Source: Paraspadella gotoi
Taxonomy: Eukaryota > Animalia > Chaetognatha
DNA length: 64,000 nucleotides
NCBI GenBank assembly: GCA_051294375.1
Contig: CM119269.1
Span: 10,832,883-10,896,882 of the forward strand
Reading direction: 5' to 3'
A program made the position numbers and the translations under genes. Below the pieces are notes generated by a model. The model did not search any database, was not told the DNA's origin, and saw only the letters and a list, made by a program, of their open reading frames with translations. Each line of letters begins with the position of its first letter. The stretch's first letter is position 1. Shown piece by piece: positions 50,700-64,000 of this stretch.

Positions 50700-51228
50700 T
50701 CGTCGTTAAAACTGGGTAGCGAGGATGTATGAGATTTTATGCAGTCCACCATACAGACCTGTGCAAAAAAAAAAAAAAAAACGGACACTCTTAAATCCTA
50801 AATAGCGCGCGTTTTACGCATGTATTCAAAACAATTTTAGTTGGTCAATTTAGATTTTTAAAATTTCAAGAGCTATAGTAACCGAAAGACAAATGATCAA
50901 AACAAAAAAAAGGAGGAAAACATTTTTAAAGATCCGAGGTAAACCAATGATGCCGTTCAGCCTTTTTTGGGGGGGCGTTGTATTCATAAGAGGTTAAAAT
51001 ATATAAATTTTTCTCCGCTCGAAACTGAGCGGAAACGTGTCCAATTTTATCTGAAATTCATTGTGTTTTATCTTTCTTTTCGGTGCGTTAGGTGATTAAG
51101 CAGAATAGTTTTTAAATTAAAATTAAATTAAAATTTAATGACATATCTGAAATTCGAAAATTTTCGTCTTATCTGAATCGAAATAAACAACAAAAAGAAA
51201 GGCTTAACACAATATCTTTTTAATACAA

Positions 51229-51564
51229 GATGTATTAATTAATCAAATAATTAATCAGTCAATTAATCAATCATTTAATTACTCAATCAATCAATTCATT
51301 TATCTATTATTTAATTATTCAATCGATCAATTATTTATCAATTATTTAATTAAAATTAATTATTTAATCAATTAATCAATCAATCAATCAATCAAGTCAA
51401 TCGTTATCGGAATTTATGTCGTCGTCGCCGGCATCGTCGTCATTGCTTTTGTTGTGGTCAGTGAGGAAGAGACCTTAAAACAAATATTTCGGATCAAATT
51501 GATTAATTAATTAATTACCGCTAATGATCGTGGGCAGATCCGACATTGTTTGCTCAAACTTGTT
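51229..51564 (+). mobile_element. 3' fragment of the HINE-like element
   Basis: Colinear with ~24245-24571; ends GGGCAGATCCGAC-ATTGTTTGCTCAAACTTGTT, whose GCAGATCCGAC is the exact complement of the 5' GTCGGATCTGC of the other copies. Confidence 0.8.
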
Positions 51565-54500
51565 AAAGTAATAAGAATTGTAAGAAGCTACTTTTCAGGT
51601 CGAAGAACAAGACTCGATGGCCTTTTGTCGTTGTTGTCGTCAAAACATGAAGCTGCAAACAAGTTCTGCTCTCTGCCGGCTTGCAATGATAATATTCCCA
51701 TCATTTTTTTTTCAGTAACTCATGCTATTTAAATTACAATGTATAGATTGTATAAATGCTGCCTCTATTTCCAGAAGACAACACTAACATCCCCCTCCCA
51801 GAAATAAAAAAATGGAATATACAAATAAATAAATAAAAAATGAATAAAATAAAAAATATGAAAAAAAATATCAATAAAATAGTAAAACTTTAAATATTAA
51901 TATTATAAAATATAAAAAGATAATTAATTTGGTCATTTTCATTACATAAATTTAGTTACAATACAGTTAATGAGTTTGTTTTAATCTAATCACGCTCACT
52001 AATCATACGTTCATTTTGTTTGTTTGATATGCTGTTGTCGTACTTTTTTATAATTTACTGTTTTAATTGACTCACAAGTATCATCAACTATCTTTTTTTT
52101 AAGTCATATTTATTGTGTAGCAACCGAAACAAATTTTGCACGTATATGTATTTTTTGACTCGAGCATTCCTTCAATTTGATTATTGTAAAATTAAAAAAA
52201 TTAAGTTTACGAACGAAACAAGAAAAGAATTTGAGTAACACTAAAACTTTATATTTCTGGAAAGAGACGTTTGAGACAAGAAACCCAAAAAAAAAATCAG
52301 AAGGACGGGGTTTATTAAGTTTTACGAAATGTTGACAGCGGTACAAAAAAGCACGTCACAGTTACAAATCTAAACTAATTCTCCAAAAAAAAAAATTATT
52401 ATTCTTTTCTTTTTGGGGGTTATAGAATATTTTTATTTTTCAATGAAAGAGATAAAAGATTGGAAAAGTCGGAAGTTATACAAAAAAAGCGAAGAAAGAA
52501 AAAAATACACAAACACTACATTAAAAAAAATTGTTTTTAATTATAACAATACACTACAAACGAATTACACGATGCTCAAGATACACAGTTTAGACTCTAT
52601 TAATACGAAAACACAATAACAATTGTTTAAAAAATGACACATGGTAAAGAAGAATTAGAAACGTGTAAAGATGTTCTGATCCAAAAATAGTTTCGTTTTA
52701 CCACTGATGACAATCGTACTCAGCATCTTCAACAACCTAGCAATGACCAAGCAAGAGGCATCAGAAAACCATTAAACACTTAATTTTATTTTTAAAATAA
52801 AAAATCTAGTATCGTTAACAAAATAGGATCTATATTTCTAATAAAAAAAAATTATTTATCACAGATGTGCGATATGTGATAATATTCATTAATAATGTGC
52901 TCAGATTGAAATTTTAAAAATCGTACAGTGGCAAGATGTTTTTATTGAAATCAAATATTCTCCAATTTTAATCATATTTGATGATAGTAGCCCGCTCAGT
53001 TTTCGAGGGCAAATGGGAATGAATTACATTTGATTTGTTTTGGTTAGCAATAGTTAAATTAGTCAAATTCGTTCCCACACCGAACAAGGTTCGGTAGTTT
53101 TGTCTATGAAAATTTGTTTGTTCAAATCTGAAAAATCAAAAGTAAGAAATTAGATTGAAAATCTACCTGTATGTAAGTTTGATTAAAATGTTTTAAAATC
53201 TTTCAAAATCGTCACATACATCTGAAAATGTAGTTCTATTGCTGAACTCAACGTGATATGCTTTTATGAGTGATATGGCAAGAAAAGAATATTTTGCCTT
53301 CTCTGTTTTAATACGGATCCAAACATACGTACTTTTCGCAAAAAAAAAAACAAAAAAAAAACAACGAATCAGTGTGATACCGTTCCCCAACAAAAGAAGT
53401 CTCACTCCAAACTGTTGCATATGATGGAGGAGCCTGATAAACAGGTATTTGTTAAATTTGTTCTTCCTCACTGAGAAAGAAACGTGGGTAACTTTAAAGC
53501 GTGTGGTTTCAAAAACCATCATCGCTTATTCAATAATACCTTAAGTATTTTTTTAATTTAAAAGATTTTTTAAAAAATTAGTTTTAGTAGTGAAACTTTA
53601 ACTGCAACCTTGAACCTACGAATTCAATATGAAATTGTTACGATTTATCATAAATAAACAAGTTTACAAAAAAATTTAGTTTATTTTGAACATTTTTGGT
53701 TCTTGATGGTTGGGTGGTAGATAATCAATATAATTCCAGCAGATTTACTTTTGAGTAAATCTGGTTTATATTATCATTAGAATTGTTTCATAAAGTTTCT
53801 TTAAAAAACTATAATTATTGTGACTCTAAAACAAAACCGCACCAAAACAAAGGATATTTTATCAGTAACAAATCGAAATAAACATGACAAATTAAATATT
53901 TTTTTCTAAAAGCCACTGACAAACTTATTAAATCAAAACTTAACAACGCTTAAGCTATAACAATTGGGATAGCAGTGCCGCTCTATTGCCGGTCATGTCG
54001 TATTATAAACTCCCCGTTGTAGAAAGTTCTTATGACAAAGTTAGGATGACTTTGTTTTGGTTTGGATTTATTTCACTTACGATCCACACCCTTATTCGAG
54101 GCATAAAATTAACACCAAAAATGGGAATGACTAGTCCTCGTGTAAAAAAAAAAAGATGTGTTGAAGGCAAGAAGTAACAAAGTGTTGCGATTTCCAACAA
54201 CGGTCGATGGCGCGCACCATAAGAGCCATCTTCTGAAACATATATACCGACACAAAATATCAACAAATTCGTTCAGACCGACGCAGAGTAGAAGTAGAGG
54301 TCCGGGTTGCGATCCCTTTCTCAAGAAAAATTGTCTTGCGATAAAGAATAGAGCTTAATAGTAACAATAGTAACGGTAAGAAAATAAAATAAACACGATA
54401 AATGTATACCGTACTTTGGCTATTTATTTCTTTAAAAAAATTGAAAATCAAATTATCTGTTTGGTAGATTTTGTATTACCAATGCATTTTTAATTCGTGC

Positions 54501-55246
54501 TCTTTACCTCAGCATATTTTGAAAGAATGAAGAGATTTTTTTTAAGTACCACTATTCCTCTATTATACTCTATGTTGGTCTGTTTCAGCTAAAAATGTTT
54601 GATGAGGCTGCTTTGGTAAAACTTTTGAGAAGGATTTTTTGGCGAATTAAATAGGCCGATCTAGATATCTAATAAATAATAATAAATACATTAACGAGGA
54701 AAGCAATATTAAGAAATCACTGGGCAGTAAACGAGAGATATGACAACATATGAATTTTTGTTTAAAAAGGAGAGATGCGCGTAGGGGGTAAATATAAAAG
54801 TTTTGAAAGAGTTATTTGGAGACTAAATTAAATAGATTCTATAAAACAGCAATAGCCCATTTTACTTTCCTGCCAGAAAAATTACAATAAAATGAAGAAG
54901 TACGGCATAACTTTTTTTTTCTTTAAAAAAAAACAAAAAAAACAAGACCAAACTTAAAAAGAAAGTTTTACTGTATAACTGTGAAAAAAAAACAACAGAT
55001 TCCTGGTCTGCAGCAATTAACTAGATGTTAACTCAAGAGTGAATACCTTATTTATCCTCGGCAGAGAAGACATGGGTCCGTTTTTCAGAGGGGTTTCATG
55101 TAGAGAGGACGATGGTGGGAAACGGGCGGGGGGTATGGAGAGCTGTAAAGGACTGGTGGGAGTTTAGGGATAAAAAGAGGGAGAGAAGGGGGGCACTCAG
55201 TCTCCCCTTCCCCCACCAAAAAGAGAACAAAGGACGCGCGCTCCGG

Positions 55247-56667
55247 CTAGTAAGGCTTGCTCTCGCTCTTCGGCCTCTTCAGCTGAACCTTGAGCCTCTT
55301 CATTCCGATCTGGAAGCCGTTCATGGCCTGAATGGCCGCCTGGGCCGAGACGGGGTTGTCGAAGGAGACGAAGCCAAAGCACTTGCTCATCTTGGTCTGT
55401 TTGTCGATGAAGACTTTTGCCGAGACGACGTTGCCGAAAGGACCGAACGTCTGCGTCAAGTCTGAGTCGGCGAATTCCTGAGGCAAGTGATAGATGAAGA
55501 GGTTGGCCCCGTCCGGACCTTCTATCTGCTTCCCCGTCGCCGCAGCAGCCGCCGCCGACGACGCCGCGGCTGAGCAGGCCGCAGCCGGCGACGCCGGCGA
55601 CGCCACGGCGGGCTGGAAGGCGTTGGGGAACGCGGCGGCGTACTGCTGGATGCCGGAGTAGGCCTGAGTGATGGCGTCGACGCCGGTGGGCGCGGCGCCG
55701 GGGGCCGAGGCAAGTCCCGTGCCAGCCAGGCCGTTCATCGAGGCGACGGCGGCGGCGAGGGCGTTGGAGTTTGAGGCGGAGAACGCCGCCTGGAGGGAAT
55801 TGAGGGACACTGGGGGCGAATGAATGGGGGGTGGGTGATGGAGGGCCGAGTGGAGCGACGTCGCGGCTCCGACGAGGGAATTGGGCGTCGACGTGCCGGT
55901 AGCGCCTCCGCCGCCTCCGGCGAAAGAAGCGGCGGCTGTCAACGGCGGAGGCGGCGGAGCCATCGCGGCCGCCGCAGCCGCCAACAGCTGCTGCATGGCG
56001 AAGGAGCTCTGCTGCTGCGGCGGCGAGAGCAGTCCGGAAGCGTAGCCGGCTCCTCCGCCGGCGCCGGGGCCGCCGCCCAAGGCGCCCAAGCTTCCCGTGC
56101 TCAGCGCCTGTTGCAAGAGAGACAGATAATGCGGAGAGACGCCGCCGCCGCCAAGACCGCCCCCTCCGCCTCCGACCGGGCTGAGACCGCCGGCGGCACC
56201 GCCGCTCGGCGTCATCAAGCTCGACGACATCTGCCAGAGACTGGCGAGTTGAGTCTGAAGCTTCTTCGCTTCCTTCTCCCGCTGAGTGTCGGCGAATTTG
56301 ACGACCAACGGCGACGAACAACCTTCCATCGTCTGAGAATGGTGCATCGCTTTTATCGCGTTGTGCGCGCTCTGTCGCGTCGCGTACGTCACGAACGCGC
56401 AGCCGCGCGATTGGCCGTTCGAGTCTCGCAACACCTGGGAGAAAATCGGGAAAAGGGGGCGGGGGAGAAATCGCTCGCTGAAGCTTATTATAATCCTATT
56501 TTTTTAATGGAGCTTTTTTTTTTTTTTTTTTGTTTTTGTTTATTTTTCAATATTCTTAGTTTTTTTAACTCTGTTACTTTCCCTTGACTTGGTTCTTCCT
56601 TTTTCTATTCATTCTGTTCTTTCCTGCTTTTTATTCTGTCTTTCTTTCTTCCTTACTCTGTTTTTTC

Positions 56668-56743
<76 letters not shown>

Positions 56744-57981
56744 TATATCCTTAGTTCTATTCTCCTAAGAGACCACCACTCCCCACCGCCCGCCACCCCA
56801 ATCACACCACCCAACCCTCTCACCGTGCACTCTTCGATGGCGCCGAAGGGGGCGAACATCTGCCTGGCCTCCTTCTCGGCGCACTTCTTGGAGATCATCC
56901 CGACGAAGAGCTTCCTCTCTTCAACGTTGCGACTCTCGCTGTCGGCCGGCTTCATCTGGATCGGATGGTGCATCCCCGTCAACGTCTTCACGTTGTGCAG
57001 GGAGTTCTGGGCTTCGAGTGCGGCGGCGCGGGTGTAGAAGGTCACGAAGCAGCAGCCCTGGCGGAGAAGAGGAAGAAGAGGAGGAGGAGGAGGAAGAGGA
57101 GGAGGAGGAGGAGAGAGGAGATGTGAATTCAAAAACGTTTTCGTAGATACTGGCTTTGATGAGAAAAGAAAAAAGCAGCTTCCATCGGTCATATAATTTT
57201 CGAAAAGACATTTTCTTAATTGAAGTTAAATTGTTTTCGACGACTTATTTGTCATAAGATTAAGTACTAATTGAAAAAAATAACAATTTCTTTTGCAGTA
57301 TTTAAAAATAAAATTTTAATTCCCTATGGCACTCATGGACAGTTTTAAAGCTAACTTAACTACTTGCCAAAATGATTTCATTGAAAAATTAATAGTTTGA
57401 TTTTTTTAATGTAACCTTTTCTTATCCTAGCTTTGTAAGGTATGCTGTTAATACAAAATTAAATAAAGTAACAGATTAGGAGAAAAACCTACAAAATTTA
57501 GGAATAGTATAAGTTTCTTTGGTGCAGACAATTTATGACCATCATTAGTTGTATAAACTATCGCCATTATCTTAATTATATGGCGAACAAATTATGTTCG
57601 TCAAAGACAGTCATGTGGCTTTGGATGCAAATTGCGCCTTCTCACCTTAGAGGCGCCGGTGACTTTATCCCTCAAGACGTTGATCTGATGTACGGCGCCA
57701 AACTCTTCGAACATTCTCCGCAATTCAATCTCTTCCATGTGACGAGGAATTTGGCCCACGAACATTTTGATCGAGTCCGCGTCGGGATCCGGTCCCGTCG
57801 GGGACAGCCCGGGGACGGCTGTTCCTCCGCCGCCACCGCCGCCACCTCCAGCAATTACGACCCCTCCTCCGCCTCCGGCGCCGCCGCCCCCACCCAGGAC
57901 GCCGACCCCGCCGCCTCCGACCGCCAGGGTCGTGACCAGCGGCGCCCCCGTCACCGTCGCGGCCGCCATCTCGAGAGTCAT
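55247..57981 (-). CDS. CELF: CELF1/2 (CUGBP/Bruno/ETR-3-like) RNA-binding protein with three RRMs, 3 coding exons, ~585 aa
   Basis: Exons (minus): 57981-57646, 57057-56824, 56434-55247 (phase 0). RRM1 [12 protein letters not shown]...[28 protein letters not shown]2 [12 protein letters not shown]...SRGCAFVTY...[13 protein letters not shown]3 [17 protein letters not shown]...[18 protein letters not shown]. Confidence 0.96.
56670..56743. repeat. (TTTC)n microsatellite in a CELF intron
   Basis: Perfect tetranucleotide run. Confidence 0.9.
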
Positions 57982-59608
57982 CTCGGAAGCGAGGAACGGG
58001 GCGGTGGAGGAGGGTAGGAAAGGAGGATGGGGAGGAGGAAGAGAGGGAAGGAACGGAGCGCCGAAAACGTACAGATTTGCCGAGAGAGGCGCTGCGAGAG
58101 AGAAGAGGGTTTTGTTTGTTTTGTTTTTTTTATTTTTAATCTTCGCTTCGCCTTCTTTAGTTTCGATTTGGCTTTTAAGGGGAATCGTCTGTTTTGTTTT
58201 GTTTTTTGTTGGATTTGTTTTGTTTTTCGATTTGTTTTGTTTTTTGAACGAAAAGATGTGACGAAGGAGGAAGAAGAGGAGGAGGAGAATGGGATACGTT
58301 GAGGTAAAAGAGACAAGGAGAACGTTTCAGGATTAAACAATAAAATCAGGAAAACGGGAGAAATTTAAACTTGATAATAAAAGGATGAATAGGAAAAAAA
58401 TAAGGAGTCAAAGGAGAAAAATGAAGAGGAGAACGTGGAGAATGGTATCGAAGAGGAGGAAAAGGAGAACATGAAGAATAACGAGGACTGGTAGACCGAT
58501 TATAAACAAAGAACGAGATCGTATGACAAGGCGACCACAATGATGACGCCACCTGAATAAAACAAAAGACTAATGATAATCTATTCATCGACTACGATTT
58601 CTTCATGAGGAAAAAAAATTATTAGATTATCTCATTTTTTGTACTTGTTAAGTTGTTTAAGAGTTTTAGGATATTTCCAATTGTTTAAAAACGGATTTCT
58701 TTATTGTATGGAGGACGTTTTAGGTCATGTAGGTCATGTCAATTATTCACGTCGCCAAAATATACTTCTTATATAATACTTGCAAGGTGACCAAGAATAA
58801 AACATGATTTTTTCCATTCACCAATAAAATAGTTGACTCTTTGAAATACCGTCCTAAAAATAACATGAGTATTTTTTCCGTATTCACCTTCTCAAAGAGA
58901 TAAGTAAGACGACGAGGATTACGACGATGACGACGATGACAATCCGGATGTTACGAGGGAAGGTATAGTGGCTTACGACGGGGCGAGGGGAAGCGGGACT
59001 TAATCCGCTTGGCCGTTTTATGCTTTCCTTGTCACGAGATGACAGGCTGAGAGAGAGAGGAGGGGGAAAAGACAGTTTTATTTCTTATCTGTTAAAACCA
59101 CGCGCAGTAAGGTTTCAAGATATAGGAGAAATACAAAAAAAATTATAAAAAATTAAGAATTAAAAACAGAAAGGGTCAGTTTTAAAATTTCAAATTTCAT
59201 GGAAAGTTTACGATAAGATAGAAAAATCGAAACTTTTATTGTAATTACTTGTTTCAATATTTTAATATCAAATTTTCATTATATTGTATAGAGACTACGG
59301 CCGATGTCCCCATAGCAATCTCTGAATTTTAATAATGATGAAATTCGGTCTTTAAGTTACAAAATTTTTTGAATGCATTTTTTAATCAAAAAAGTAAATC
59401 GTGAAAGTTGTAAATGAATAAATGAAAGGAACACCAAGACGTAAACAAACAGTGACCGCGGAAAAAAATGAATCGCTAAGATTCGGACTTGAAGCCTCTG
59501 ATTGGTCGGATTTCGAGCGTCAGCGTTTGATTGGCTAAAATCATCATCTTTCGACGCAAAGGTGAGTCCGCAACGCCTCTCTCACCTTCCGTCGTTTTTT
59601 CCCTTTTT

Positions 59609-63573
<3,965 letters not shown>

Positions 63574-64000
63574 CGTTGAGTCGTTAAATCCAGGCAACAC
63601 ATGGGGCTGATCAGTTGCTAAGTAACCGAGGCAAAGCCATCTTGTCGATCACTGACCACTGACCATCGTCTAAACAAGATGTCTATATGTATAGACTATA
63701 GTATAGACTATAGTATTGTAGACCATTGATAATTGTGATTCTTTCGGCTAACTTTTTTCCCCTTTATTTTGTATTGATACTTGATCTTTTACCGAACGAC
63801 GAATTGACCAGCCTCTCGACATACATGATTCTTTCGGCTCATTTCCGTTGTTTTTTATGTTCGTTGACGTAATGGTTTGAGGACGATTTAGTTGTCGCCT
63901 CCACCGTGTCGCCGACGACACCGCCGTCTAATTGGCTGCGAGCTATTTTTGTGGTTGTCGAGTTTTAAAACAATGTGTGACCATTACGGGATGAGAACCT

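Noticed and set aside
50733-50753. GATTTTATGCAGTCCACCATA resembling the tRNA-twister element terminus
   Set aside because: Too short to distinguish from chance.
55197-56587. Long overlapping alternative-frame and antisense ORFs over CELF (also over SETD4-like exons)
   Set aside because: Shadow ORFs expected in GC-rich coding sequence; no recognisable domains.

Overview
Intron-rich, microsatellite-rich eukaryotic (invertebrate-animal-like) genomic window. Five multi-exon genes were reconstructed by hand with GT-AG junctions and consistent phase: an MFS sugar porter (Tret1/GLUT6/8-like, -), a SETD4-like lysine methyltransferase (+), a BLNK/SLP-76-like proline-rich SH2 adaptor (+), an apolipoprotein-D-like lipocalin (-, missed by the ORF track) and a CELF1/2 (Bruno-like) RNA-binding protein (-). 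There is also a candidate neuropeptide-like precursor, a ~10.7 kb tandem array of U2 snRNA genes (~0.96-0.98 kb unit, spanning a 100-N gap), a retroposed tRNA-Lys fragment and several non-autonomous transposons (Helentron/HINE-like, Kolobok-like, hAT MITE, Penelope-type hammerhead remnants). The most striking observation is a ~235 bp interspersed element (4 copies plus a divergent relative) made of a terminal hairpin, a tRNA-Gly-like cloverleaf and a circularly permuted (P5-type) twister ribozyme, with fixed ends and 4-bp target-site duplications. One copy lies in sense orientation inside an intron of the SH2 adaptor. All assignments are by manual inspection; no searches were run.
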